Shown: positions 27,093 through 41,789 of the stretch, one piece after another
How the letters are laid out: the number at the start of each line of letters is the position of its first letter
Numbering within the stretch: the first letter of the stretch is position 1
Source: the human T2T-CHM13v2.0 reference genome, Homo sapiens
Length of the DNA stretch: 64,000 bases
Assembly (NCBI RefSeq): GCF_009914755.1
Contig: NC_060930.1
Direction: 5' to 3' (one strand)
Notes under the pieces: generated by a model
Database searches by the model: none
Told to the model about the DNA's origin: nothing
What the model saw: the letters and a program-made list of their open reading frames with translations, nothing else
Translations under genes and position numbers: made by a program

Positions 27093-30000
27093 GGATGACA
27101 TGATGCTTGTGGCCCTTTGTATTTTGGTCTCAGTTCTCTTCAGCCATCATCTCTCCTCATTCTGCACCACATAATTGGTTCTGCAATCACCACATAATTT
27201 TTTCTTCATACATCATCAATAGTGCTTACTAGATTTAGACAAAGTGATTTGTTTAGATGTTTATATCCTCTACCTCCTCTTCAGTAAAGACCCCTTGGGT
27301 CTTACTTATCTTGATATCACTATTAATGTTCAATAAATGTTTTTTGAATGAATGTATGCATGCATGCCTCTATGATTCTCAGAACTGTAAAATGGAAACT
27401 TCATCTTTTGCCTTACTAATTGGAAGCAGCGAACATTCTCAGAATGAGCACTGTAAATGTCTGGATGCTGGATTTTGAAGGAATACCCAACTAGCACCCA
27501 TAATTGGTAATGAGAAAAATGGGTTGTTCACAGATGTGAGGTAATTTAAGGAGGATAATATGGATTGGGCACAGTTAAGACTATATATTTTTATGAATAT
27601 TAATGTATACCCATACTGTAATATGTAAGCAAATAATGCCAAACTAGGTAATATTTGAAATGAAGGGAATCATTTATATATGAAATGTTGAAGAAAACTG
27701 GAATTAAAAAGAAAATACATTTCCTTTGAAAAATTTGATTGTTTTTACATTTATATTTGTTCACTCTGGTTACATCTGTGCTTTTCAGACTTGAAATAAC
27801 TTATATGCAATGGTCTGACCTTCATTTTATAGTCATACTGACTTGGAGATGTAATTCACTTATGTAATTTGTTTTAGTAAAAAAAGGAGGAGAGGTTAGG
27901 AGAAACTTGGCACGATGTTAACTGGAGAATAAATTGAATAAAGATTTTAAAATAATTTCACTTACCGTATTAGCCCAGCATTTGAATGTTTTCAGCAATA
28001 ATGTATCTGTAACTAAATTAATTAATAAGTAATGCTGTCACATGAAAAATATCCCTTTCCCCATTAATTTTGAAAATCTGTAATGTTTTTACTTAAATCA
28101 ACTGACATTTTGCATTTTATTGTGTTTCTAGACTTAAAATGGTGACATTTAAAATAGCTTACTTTGAGTTAATACAAGCAAATTATTGAGTTTTTTTCTA
28201 GCACATTAGCCAAGGTTAGTGTGCCTGTTAATCCTAATTGTTATTACTATTATTTGTTTATTTAACAAACATTTGTCAAGTGCCTATTAAGTGGAGAGTT
28301 TCTGATAGTGAAATGATGTTTACATTTTACATATTCTACTATGAATTCTGGAACATTAGAAGAAGCAATTTGTGATTTCTAACTGTGACTGATAGCAAGT
28401 TATGAAACAAATATATTTTTCTCTTCATAAAATATAAAATTGCTAAAAAATAAAGTGCTACTTAATGATGGTTGGCTTGTTCAGAATAAATAAAGAGAAA
28501 ACTAAATGGAAACTTGGACCAGTGTATTTTAGGTAAAATGGTATTTCTCAAATTGAATATCAGCTATTTCTTGACATTTTATGATGTAGTCAACCACTCT
28601 ATTGCTAAGTATTCTTAAACATCGACTTCAGAAATCAAAATTATCATTCCTAAATAAGTAAAAGTTTATTGTACATGCTGCATGATATTTATTATATCCT
28701 ACCATCGATAAACATAAATAGCACATGGCTGATTTTATCTCTTTATTTTTATTCTTTTCTTATTTATAATGATTGTTTTCTGTGAGCACAGGTGTGATTA
28801 TAAATACAATTCAGGCATTTTGCCGTTTTATGGTCCTTATATAAATAAAATTTTCTAAAGTGTGTATCAAATAATTTTCCTTGCACTTTTACATCTAGCT
28901 TTTCATTTCATCTTTATATTCACCTCATGAATTATTGCTGCTGGTGCTTGTTATCTCTGTTTTGCTGAAGCACAGAGAGGTTACGCTTAGAGTCTGAAGA
29001 AGAGTAGTAAAATTGAGATTTCCTGATTGATTGGCCTCTGCACTTTGCACTATAGCATGCTGTTCCTCAGGGAAAATGTTGGGCTTAAATACTTGGTATT
29101 GCAAATGCATTTGTTGCTATAGGTGCAATTTAGTTTATTATGATAACTGGGGTCATTTCATCAGTTTGGATCATTTTGAGAGAAGCCCTTAGTGGAATTG
29201 CAATCACAATGCTCTTGAATGGTGGCCCTGACAATATTTCCCCAGACCTCAGTTTCGTTGTCCATAGCTGTTGCAAAAAGATTAAATACCTGTTAAATAC
29301 AACAGAATACTGAAAATCAGAGCCAAGCAAAACTTCTAGGCTCTAGGAACCTTAATATACTAAGAGAAAAGTGTTTTAATATTTGTATTAGTAAACAAGA
29401 CTACATTTAAGTGCATTCACTAAGTAGTTCTGTAAGGTACATTTAAAACTAACTCTGCTGAAATTGTAAAAAAAAAAAATCTGTTCTTATCAAATTTTGA
29501 GATTGAAAATATTTAAAATAAAAGAAAAATCTGCATTTCATGTTTTAGAAATGTGCATAAAATGGATATAGTAATGATAATGATGCAGAAAGATTGGTTC
29601 TGCCACATATACTTCCATTAATTTGAGACTTGGGATCCATGAAGATACTTTAGATCTCCAGCGTACCCATCACAGTAACTTGATTGCCTAAAATCTATGT
29701 GCCCCTCATGCCACAGGCTTGCATTAAATGAACTGTGAAGTTTAATTTGAAAACTATTTGCAAACCAATTCCTATAAAAATGGATTTATAGCTGGAAACC
29801 GAGTACTTCAGAAGTGCTGAGTAAATGTAGTTGTGTGCCTGATTTTAATGTTAGGCAATTGTATTTGTGATCTGCTCTTGTTTTGCTTTACTTTTTGAGA
29901 ACCAGTGCCCCAAAGAAAGAAAAAATAAACCTACTTTTGTTTCTAGTTTATTTGCAAACCAGGTCAGACGCCCTTGATTAGCTCTCAGTTGGAGGATAAT

Positions 30001-31329
30001 TTGAACCTTGACAGATTGAACCCAAACAGCAGGGTTTCTCTAGTCTGGCCAACAGATAGAAAAAATAAAGTAAAAGCTAATGCCAGTTCACAAGCTGTAC
30101 AACAGGACTGAATAAATGTGCAACTGTTAATGAATAGCTATTTCAAATATTTACAAAAGGCCCAAGAAAAAAGAAAAGATTAGCATCTTAGGCAGCTGTT
30201 CTAAGGGAAACCTATTAGAAATAAACATGATAAATGATGCTCAAGAGCTAATATATCTGTCAAATATCAAATACACTCAGAAAAAAAACTGTTTCAGACA
30301 CAAAAACTATTAAGACCCATTTGGGCATAAGAGCCATCTTGCTTTGTGGTTTACACCAGAAATTTATTCTTATACTTTTTAAAATTTATCTTTTCTAACT
30401 CCTCAAATATTCACACAGATATTATTTTACAGATTTTAAGGCCAGGAGTTAGTGGATAGAATCATTAGAGTTGTGTCCATCGTGATTAAATTGGTTAGAA
30501 ATTTAAAAATTCACCCATGTGTCTTTGTATGAAGATACACCATAACTTGTTATTTTACGGGGTTCCTGACTACATAATAGTTTGACTGTGACAGTAACAC
30601 CATTTTAGCATCAGGACGGTTTTGCTAGGAAATGCTACATAAAAATGGAAATTATTCCTGAAGCAGCGAGGGATTGGTTCCCAATGCAGATTACAGGTAC
30701 AGTTACTATTGCCTAAACATGCTTGGACATGTTTCTACAAACCCATCCTTGTCTTTTTATATAAAATATTCCTTTTGCACTAAGCTAAAATTAAAGCAAG
30801 CTGTATGTGACATTTATTGGTGACTTATACAGTAGACCCTTAACATTCAGGACCAAGCATTCTGTTTTTAACTATTTCTTCATACCGTGAAAGTCTGTGG
30901 AGAGAAGCAATTTGAATTTCCTGAGGCTTCAATTTGTGTTTGAATAGCTTGTACTCTTAGGCTCAAATGGAGGATCAAGTCATTTATTTGATGAGGGAGC
31001 TTAGCCAGCATCTCGGCATTTGTATCTCAGTGTAATATAGAGTAAATCTCTTACAATTTTTTAGTTGTAAATTACCAGATCTTTGTTTCTGTATGGAAGA
31101 TTGTCACCGAAAGGAAAGCTAATTATTAATGGCATGACCTTTGTGAATTTGGAGATTTATAGACAATAAGGATCTACTGTGTTAATATTTGAACAGTTGT
31201 CAAATAACGGTTATTTTGATTTTTGGTCATTTTCTAACATGTAAAAAGTGTGATTCACACCAGCATGAGTCATTTTGTGAATGTTCAAAAAACACGATTT
31301 ATGTTTGAAGTGTATCGTGTTCAGTTTAG

Positions 31330-33060
31330 ATGACTGAACTGCTTTATAGTTGCAGCCCAGACATCACTAATCTAACAGATTTCAGACGACTGTCAGATTA
31401 GGTGTGTTGTATTATTAGAGACAGTATGTTTTCAGGCCAATTTCAGAACCAGTGGAGGAGTTTGGTCATTCTTAGCCCCTTCTGACAGGATAAGTGTTGT
31501 CACAGAGACCATGGTGAAGGCTGACACAGAATCATGGGACTTCATGGTCTGGTCCTAACCTGTTTCTCTGATTTTACATTTCATTCCTCTCCAAGGATGC
31601 ACTTATTTCAGCAGTATCTTTGTTGAATAATTTCCCCTATCCCTAACCCAAACTAGCACTATCAAAAGCTTCATAATTACCTGTCACCTGGAATCGCCTT
31701 TAATCACCATTAATTCATTGTTGCTCACTAATGTAGAGGTTAGGAAATGGGAGGTAAATGGCCAAAGTACGTATTCCATATATAGTACATCTATATGGAT
31801 GTATAGAGGGGGCATGAATAGGTATTAAGGGAATGAGGAAGAAAGCTAGGCAAATTTGTCCTTTCTTTTGAGCTACGTGTTACTTCTGTATAATAAATCT
31901 TATATTGCGGTTTAATTAGTTCAGAGACACACATAGGCATACACTCATGCATGAGGAGAATTATAATTTGTGCATATAAAAAGGGAAATATCAACACTGT
32001 TGATATTTTTAATGGTGACTTTCCTATTTCTGCCGTGTAGAAAAGGTACTAAATATCACCCCCATTCTAAAAGTAGTTTTGGTGAAATCTGAAAGGGTCT
32101 GCTCCTTTTTTAGTTGATCCAGACTCCATTGATAACACTAAATTTTCATGCTGTTCTGCAGTTATAGACCCTTAAACTTAGACTCTCTTTGTACTTCATC
32201 ATTGTAATTTACACACTAGGTTGGTACATTCTCTTCAAGACAGTTTGCCTTGTGCTTCCAGCTGCTCCCCAATAGCCATTGTGCTGAATAAGCACTTATT
32301 TCAGTATGTCCTTGATACAATTAATGCAGGCATCTGCAGAAGCGGCCGTGGCAGCAGCAGCTGCAGTGCCTTATGGAAGCCAACTTCTGCTTAGCATTGT
32401 GATAAAAGAAATAGTTTTGAGCTGGAAGCTAATGTTGGCTTATTTTTAGCATAAAAAGAGTTGCACCTGCCAGGGCTAGCGGAGGACCGAGGTTTGTTGA
32501 TTACACGTTCTTGTTAGTGCCATTGTTATTGGTAAAATGGGCATGATGTCATCCTTATCAAACTGAATTGGCACCCTGCAGAGTGACAAATAATTTACCC
32601 TCTGCGGTTTTATCAGCATGGGCCGTGTGTTAGAAGTGACTAGAGTGCTGAGTTTTCACAGTTGAATGCTATGGAACTGCAGAGGTGTATGAAAATGAAA
32701 GGGATTGATACTTGTAATCAGTGCACATAGTAATGGCCAAGGTGTAATGAAACATAAGTGCACATTTAGGGTAATTATGCTGCTACCAGGTGGGGCCCTG
32801 GGGCTTTGCATGTATAGAAGCTGCTTGAGGTGGCGGATGTGCAGCGAGGAATACTGCAGCACCATCTGGTAGATTCTCATTTTCTCATTAATTCTTCTGT
32901 CCCCTAAGTCTGGGCTACATTGACTTTGAACAGCACTTCATCTGTTCAGTATCTCATCTCATTTTAGTTGGGAGTTGCTCTCAACAGTGGTATTGATATG
33001 ATGTAATTCACAATCTCGGCCATGTGAGATATATTAAAACAAATCATCTAATTGATTTTC
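31330..33060. promoter_or_regulatory. Candidate conserved intronic enhancer block
   Basis: No recognisable repeats; locally higher GC and CpG; clustered SOX (CATTGT), bHLH E-box, TAAT homeobox, TGACAG and GATA motifs. Function is inferred only. Confidence 0.5.
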
Positions 33061-33361
33061 TTTTTAAGTAAAGCTAACTATCCCTAGTAACATTCACATG
33101 ACCATCTGATTCTAAACCATTTACCACTCTTGTAGTTATTTAAATTAAAATAGAGTATTTGTTTGATTTAAATTAGCCAAATGAACTTTGTTCTTCAGAA
33201 TAATTTATAAATAAAAGTATAATTTAAAGAGTAAATAGTAAACCACATTGCATTTTCCTTGGTCATTTTTTAACGTGTGTGTTTTATTTCTACAGGCCGA
33301 TGTAGTTTTTGTCTCAAATATAACAAAAACTTGTTTATTAGTGAAGCTTCAGAATAAGAAA

Positions 33362-33442
33362 GTACAGTGATGGTTGCCCAGCAGTATAAACATACTAAAC
33401 TCCACTGAATGCACACTTAAGAATGGGTAAAATGGCTAAAAA
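33362..33442 (+). mobile_element. L1M 3'-end fragment
   Basis: gtgatggttgc...actaaactccactgaatgcacacttaagaatgggtaaaatgg. Confidence 0.6.
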
Positions 33443-34484
33443 CAAAAAAATAGTATTTGAGGTTATATATTGTGTAAGGAAGTAAAATTCTTAAAACTTG
33501 CCAAATTAATTTTATACGAATGCTTTCACATAACATTAAAAATAAGATTTCTAGCATAATATTAGTAGGTCATATATGGTTGATTTCCTTATCAATATGA
33601 ATATTAATATCATGAAACATTTTTAAAGATCCATAGTATATATTCATATAACACAAATAGTCACAATGAAGTAGCATCTGATGGCTGATTTTCTAATGCT
33701 GTATAATTTATAACGGGGTGCAGTGTATCAAAATAAGACGATCTAGCATCTGTGATTGTAGGTAACTGACATTAGTGATTTCACGATTTCTTTAATAAGT
33801 ACAAATATAACATTTATATGGTCTGAGTGCTTGAACACCTTTCTATAAATAATAGAAATGTCCCCATTAAAATGTTCCACTTAGAGAATCCCCGTGCATT
33901 TTGTCATTTTATTTCCATGAATGTTCCAAAAATGGAAAACGAGAGAAAAACCTATTCGCTTCTTCCAAACACTACATGAATGCTCCCTGTGATGCCCTTG
34001 AGGTCAGTGTTTGTCAGTGTAGTGCCACAAAGATGTGGAGAGCTGTTCTGTCAGTGACGCTGCTGCCATCTGAATTTCCCATCACTCATTTCCAACCTAT
34101 TGTCCAGATACTGCAGGCTTCATGAGAGGATAGATTTATAAGCTACTTTAGTACTTTAAAATGCCCAACTAACTTTTTTCCCCATTTACTTTGAATAACC
34201 CTACTATAAGAGGTTAACAAAATGTATCTTATTTTTCCCCTATTATATTTCTAGAAACTCATTAGGGCAGCAACAAGAGTTGGTTGAAAACTCCTTTTAA
34301 GTTACATCTTGGGAATTTACTTGATTATTACTTAATATATACTGTGATGATAGAAAGCATACCAGCAGTACTTTCCTTCTTTCCTGACGTTTACTTGTTT
34401 GTTTTCAAAGCATTAAAATATCAGCATTTTTTTCCCCTCATACATTCAGTAGACATTTGCTCTGTCATCTGTTTCTTTACAGGC

Positions 34485-34710
34485 TGTGAGTATAGGAAGA
34501 GCCTGGGTAGTGAGATTACACTGTTGAATCCTGGCTTGGCCACTAGCCAGGTATATGACTTTGGGCAAATAATTTAACCTTCGAAATTGTCAATTGAAAT
34601 TGAAAGTGTCAATTGTTTCAACATGTAAATAATAATTCTTTGCCTTGCATAAATTGTGAGAAATCATCATAATGATTGAGCATGAGCACTCAGTAGATGG
34701 TCAGGACTGT
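34485..34710 (+). mobile_element. MIR SINE
   Basis: ttgaatcctggcttggccactagccaggtatatgactttgggcaaataatttaacc. Confidence 0.7.
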
Positions 34711-34944
34711 TATGGTGCACATTTACCAACAAAAGATCCATAGCATAAAAATGATCAAGAACCCATAAACTCATATTTAAATTATCTTCAAAGAAATCAT
34801 TACCCAGGAAAAATCCAAGAGTAAGTTGTTATATTTACTAATACTGCGCATTCCTCAAGGGCAAGGGTGGCCTCATACCCACACAATTCCAAGGTACTTA
34901 TTGCACACAAGTAATGCTAACTGATTGAGTGGCATTAACCAATT

Positions 34945-35345
34945 AGGAGAAGTACCTGTGGATCCCTTCTCATGATGATATTTTTAAATGTGTAAAATAA
35001 AATTCATAGGATTAAAAGAAAGCAAGTTATATTGAAATAGCGTTATCAGTACATGAACATTTTCGTGATATATGTGCTTCTTTATCAATAAGCTGAATAA
35101 GATGCAGCTGTGTGTCTAATAATTACCATAATTTCAAAGTATTGTATATTTCAAGATACCTGAAATAATTGTAATATGATATGCAAATTTTTATAATTTC
35201 TCATGGGTGAAATCACAGCCACTACAAATAGCTATAACTTGTTGCCTACATTCACAGTTGTAGAACTGGTAAATTTTGGCAAGAAATAAATGAAAACGAA
35301 GTTATGATTTTTTATTTTTATTTTTTGCACCCAAGTTCGGTCTCT
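34945..35345. mobile_element. hAT-Charlie-type DNA transposon fossil (subfamily uncertain)
   Basis: aaaataaaattcataggatt...ttatattgaaatag...taattaccataatttcaaagta...gttgcctacattca resembles Charlie internal sequence. Confidence 0.5.
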
Positions 35346-36199
35346 TCCCACTCTCTTAGTCTGTTCAGTCTCAAATAGCTTTCTTAATGAAGATATAAAC
35401 AACAACAACGACAAAAATTAATAAAAGCGCTTAGCAACACCAAGAAAATAATCCAAAAATGATTAGGCCAGAAGGTTTGTGCTGTCTTGGCCCTTGACCA
35501 AGACCTCTAGTTGATAGATCCTTCAAGGTTACCTCTCTCAGCCCCCTTCTAGAAGATTAACCATGTCTTAGAAATTGGTGCTAAGTAGTTCCTTCTTATT
35601 TGATGATGATTTTAAATGCATGTACTATTTTGTCTGAACTAGAATCCAAACTTTCCATGAAATTAACATCATTCCCTGTTGAATCTAGGTGTCATAGCTC
35701 TATAACCTTCAATTAGTTTACAAACAATATATATGTCTCCTTACCTGTGAACAAGGAATGCTTAAGAACACAATAGGCTTGGAATTTGCAACTAATTTGG
35801 CCCAATCTTGAGTAGATGGCCAAACTAAAATCTTGAAGTTATTTTGCCCCAACATAGAGCAACAGAAAAGACTCAAGCAAGTTCCTTAGAGATTGTAGCT
35901 GCATAGTTCTAGATATCTTTAATATAGAAGGGAGTAGCCACACAAAAAATATCATGTTTAAAAACATAACCAACAACTTGTATTATTGAACATATTTTAA
36001 TTTAAAAATGTATATTTTAGAACAGCAATATGAATAAATGAAAACGTGTGTGAAAATAATTCATTATTACTCTGAATAAGCCTACTTTTCCTAATTATCC
36101 CTAAAAAGTTTATTTTTCTATTTCCTGATTATCTCTTTTAAAGGTTAATTTATTCTTATAGCTTTGATTATCAAAATTATACTCAGAACTAAGTAAACA

Positions 36200-38100
36200 A
36201 CATCCTAGCAAGGGTCATCAGTGTGTAGAGAAAGATTAATTTGGGCTTTCAAGATGGTACAGGATTATAGAGGAGGTGACCTTAAGTTGGGTTTCAAAGA
36301 ACACATTGGGTTTAGAAGATGATAGAGTTATATGGAAAAAGACATTCCCATTCTAGTCTGGAGAAATAATATGAGCAAATGCTGAAAGAAATGGGCATGC
36401 ATGTTTCAGTCAGAGAACACTCTGCAGTCTGAATAGCTGGGTGGATACAATTCTGGAGGGGTGAAATTATTGAAGCCTTGTGTCCTATTCGTTTTCCTTT
36501 TAATCAAAGAGAACATATTAACAAATCTACATGGTAGGAAGATAATTCAGGTTGTAATATAAAGGATGGTGTGAAAAGGGAAGACATTGGAGACGAAAGA
36601 TTATTAAGGACTGTTAAAATGTTCCAGGTGGGAGTCTTAAACTTTGGCAGTGGTTATTGGAAAGGATGGGTTAGAACCAAAGGATATTTTAGAATACAGA
36701 TTTTGAAAAACTCGAGAATTTGGAAAAGAACGCAGTCACAAATGACCAAGGATTGTAGCCTGAGTGGTTGAAAAGGGTTGTGTCGGTAATGGAACTAGAG
36801 ATCAAAAAAGGAGCAGCATGTCTTATAGGGAAGGGTAATTTTAATCTTGAGCTCAGTGTAGTGTTGTCTTTATTTGTAGACAAATACAGCTGCCCGTTCC
36901 AAATTCTTATCTGTGGCTCCGTTTAAAAATTCAAGTTCAAATGAAATTTTGAGAGTCAAAAATTGGAGTAAAAGCTGAAGAGGGGACACGAGGGGCAAGA
37001 GATGATGAATAAGACGATGTTTAAGAGATCATTGATGTGGCAGTTAGGAACTTAAGAGAGCATTTCAATAGATTAGTTGTTCTCAGTCTTTAGTGTGATA
37101 AGAATTACCTAGGAAGCTTATCAAAAATGTAGATTTGGGAACTCTTTGTCATAGGTCTCTAAGACTAGGGCAGGACCTGGAAGTATGCATTTATAAACTC
37201 TCAGGTGATGCAGATAATAAATAATGATTATGGTAGCTGATATATATTGAGGACTTCTTACATGCCAGACATTGTGATTATATTTATAATCACGATCACA
37301 TAAGAACCTTACTGAGTATGTATGTAATTTTCCTATTTTACAAATGAGACACAGAATCACAAAGAAGTTAAACAATTTCCTCAAATTTACATAGCCAGGA
37401 AGCGGTAGTTCTGTGGCCCATGATCTTGATCACTCTGTTGTTCCCAATAAGTGCTGATAATCAGTATTTAGAATAGGGGCCATTAGAGATACTTGCAGGA
37501 GGGCCATTGTCCCACCCTCACATCCACCAAGGCCCCCACACATTGTATTTATTTCCGTGGGTGTTTTAAAAGGCAGTGCTTTGTTTCATGTTACAATTTT
37601 TGTAACCTTGCTTAATTTTTAATATTCTTTGAGCCTTAAGAAATCTAAGAGACCAGGTTTCTCTTAACTTCCAAGAGGTCCTAGTGAGTGATTGCAAAAA
37701 AATTGGATTGCAGTGCATCGAGTTGCTAAGGGGAGGTGAAAGAATCGAAGTAGCTAACATTTGGAGGTTAAGGAGTAGTAGGGCAGGTCCGGAATTCTGT
37801 GTGGAAGGTGCTTAAGGGTGGCAGTCCCAGATGGGGGAGCTGTGGGTTTAAAACAAGCAGCCTGATTTTACTTAGAATTATGTTTGTTTGTACTGGCTTG
37901 AAGGACGTTGGGCCTGGGATATAGAAGTAAATAATTGGGGTTAGAGGTAGAGTTAGGGGGAGATGGCTAAAGCCCCATAAAAGCTACTCTTTGGTGCCCT
38001 CAACCATGGAAACAATGGAAATGGTATGGTAGATGATGAAATTGTATGGAGGAAATGGCATTTTTACATTGGGGGCTATTTATCCATGTTTCTAGATGAA
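36200..38100 (-). mobile_element. Degraded L2, with MER5 (~37075-37215) and MIR (~37218-37440) insertions
   Basis: Purine-rich L2 antisense pattern (gaggaggtgaccttaagttggg...); MER5 caggacctggaagtatgcattt; MIR cctattttacaaatgagacacag...aagttaaacaattt. Confidence 0.55.
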
Positions 38101-38121
38101 AAGGAACAAGGAAATAGCAAG

Positions 38122-38320
38122 TTTTTTTGTTTGTTTGTTTGTTTTTTTTTTGAGATGGAGTCTCGCCCTGTCGTCCAGGCTGGATGATAGAGTGGTGTGA
38201 TCTCAGCCCATTGCAACTTCCGCCTCCTGGGTTCAGGCGATTCTCCTGCCTCAGCCTTCCAAGTAGGTGTGATTACAGGTGCCCGCCACCACGCCTGGCT
38301 AATTTTTTTTTGTATTTTTA
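38122..38320 (-). mobile_element. Alu right arm plus linker (5'-truncated AluS)
   Basis: Right monomer with its own tail, ending at the central linker (tgtattttta) and abutting the tail of the next Alu. Confidence 0.88.
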
Positions 38321-38674
<354 letters not shown>

Positions 38675-38850
38675 TGAGAGGGCGACTTCAGAAGAGATGG
38701 GAAAGGAAGGTAATGTTAGACAAACAAAAGATTAGGGACATTCCTACTCTGTTACAAGAAGGAGCAAAGAGAGGTTGTGTCAAAAAACTTGAGATATTTT
38801 GAACTGATGGGAGGAGGGTTAAAGAGTTTCAGAATAAATAATGTCTAGCA

Positions 38851-39160
<310 letters not shown>

Positions 39161-40444
39161 GTCTAGCCCTTTTGATAAGTAGGTGGCAAGACATGCTTCC
39201 AAGTAAGCACTGAGCATTTGAAGAGATGGTTACATATGACTTGATCATTCTGTATCTTTGTAGACCTTTGAATTGATAAAAGAAAAAAAATAGTGCTTCC
39301 CACTCTTATAAAATGTTTCAGTATGTACAGTTATAATATTTCATGTTCACCATTGTCTCTGAGATGTGGGGAGGGGGGTTGGAAGATTGATTCCAGGAGA
39401 GGGCAGCAGTGCTGTAAGCATTTAATTTGGGTATATCCTTTCTCTGTTCCCTTGGCTTTTAAAAATTAAGTAATAATGTGTTCTCTGTCTCTATTACCTT
39501 CACTAATGAAAAAAAATAGGGTCTGTAAAGCTATTTAATAATCTTACAATTTATTAATTTATTAGTTTCACATTACTAAACATGGCAATTGTGGAAAATA
39601 CAAAGCTACTGAAAATTATCCTCATATATAATAGATCTATTTGAAACATTTTGGTATGATTTAGACCCAGTTTTGTCCTGACTCTGTGTGTGATTTGTAT
39701 AATAAGAAATTGAAAAAAAGGCTTACTAGCTTAAATAGCTTTAAAAATATAAACTGTGGGAACATAGGACTAATTGGGCTTGTTGAAAGAATTTTTAACA
39801 GATAAACATTAATTTTTATTAAGCACAGACCGAATTGAAAAAGGCTAAACTTACATGTTAAAATAATTTGGCAATCTAACTGCAGATTCAAAATTTCTGA
39901 AAATGTAAATAAATTAAAATGTAGGCAGTGTTTTACCATCTGTAATGAATTAGCATTCCATTTTTACCAGCTGCTGCTGGGGTTTTTGAAGCTGACTCAG
40001 GATCTGAGCACCCTGGTGGGTTTCTGCTGATAAATATAAGAACCTGTAGTTTAAAACTGGCAGAGCTGGACTGGGGATTAGAAAAGTCACTGCAACTTTA
40101 AGCAGCATATTCTTTCACTTGGGGCAGGATGTAAGGGTGTACTTTCTCTAAAGATGCCGTCAGTACAAATGCGGAGGATAGATTACTACTGCTTGCTGCT
40201 AACATGACAGGACATTCAGGGTGCCACTACTGTTGAGTGTGGAGTCAGCCTTGGAGGAAAAAATCCCCAAAACCTTCTTTGGCAATTGTCTCTTATGTAG
40301 TGGACATATTTTAGGCAAAATGACAGCATTTGTGCATTGATGGGATTAATGCTTCATTCTAAGGATTAAATTCGTTAATATTTTTTCTTTGTGTACTTTT
40401 TTATTCCTAAAACTTTTATTTTGAGCATGCAGGAGACAGGGATT

Positions 40445-40600
40445 TCTTGGAAAGAATATGAATTTTGAAGTCAGGCAGACCTAGATATGAATGCAAATTC
40501 TGTTGCTTCTTAGCCACTTGTAACAGGCAGGCGTAGAATTCAGTGTGTAATCATTAAACATTTTGTTTTCTTTCCTCACATTGGTGAGGATAGTTTTCTT
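40445..40600 (+). mobile_element. MIR remnant
   Basis: gaaagaatatgaattttgaagtcaggcagacctagatatgaat is MIR 5'-like. Confidence 0.55.
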
Positions 40601-41789
40601 TTGAGTATTTGCTTTAGTGCCTTTAATTAATGAAAAACAACTAGTTAAAAGGTTGGCTAATTCCTTTATGATATACACACACACACGTACACACAGAGCT
40701 ACCTATCTCCTCTCTTACTTTTTATTGTCAGTCTTTTTATTACAAATTAGGCTTCTACATATTATAAATTTAAATGCTAACTAGAACCAGCTAAAAAGTC
40801 AATACACTTGTTCAATCAACACTTTTATTTAACACATAGTATGTGCTGTGTATTGGAAGGTCTGGTGATGATGGTTCCAATTCTGGCCTTCTGAAGCTTA
40901 TATTCTAAATGGAGGATGCTGTAGACTGCTGTGAATACGGTGGAATCAATAAGCATTTACATTGTGATGGGAAAGACTTTTGTGGTTAGGGAAGCATTCC
41001 TGCAGGCAGTGTTGTAAAATGTGGAGCACTTTACAAAAAATATGTTCATAATAGCAATTACGACTGAGGGATATGAAAACACCTCAACTGTTAAATAAGC
41101 ATGGTGATTCTGACCTGGACAGATTTGTGAACGTCATCTACAAGTCTTTGCCATCTAATATCTGATGAGATTTAGGGATTTTTAGCCTAATATCTTGAAA
41201 GTATCCTTGGAGTTTTCAGATCCTCACTTTGTCCAAACTTGCTGTCCTGTTCCTGTTTTCACAGAAACTTCAGGTGTCCTCACAGGCTGACTAGGACCAA
41301 GGTATACCTATCTGACCATTATGCGGGCCAGTCTGAGGTCACTGCCCTGGGGCTGAGACCTGTGTCACTGATTTACTAGTGACTCACTGTGTATTACCGC
41401 AGCTGGCCCTTGACTCTGCTTCCTCAGCTGTAGTTCAGTATGAACTCAGAAAACTTGTTTGTGACCCGAAATTAGTTCTGTGTTCATTTCTTACTCTTAC
41501 TCATGCACACATGACTCATGACTTAGTCCTTGTTTTAAACTTGTGCATTAGGGTAGCTCTGAATTATGTCTTCCTTCTCCTAGAAGCAGAACCTCTTATC
41601 CTGTTTTGACTTGGCCCTTGACTGCTTAAAATGTCTGTAGTTGGCTTTGTATGGTTATAATCCTAGCCCCTTAGGCTGGGAATTTTGGCCATCTGTGGTC
41701 TCTATTTCTAGCCTTAGCCCTAACCACCCCACTTCCTGCTGCTCCTGTCAAATGCACTTACTTATACTTTTCCGTATGTGTCTCAAGCT

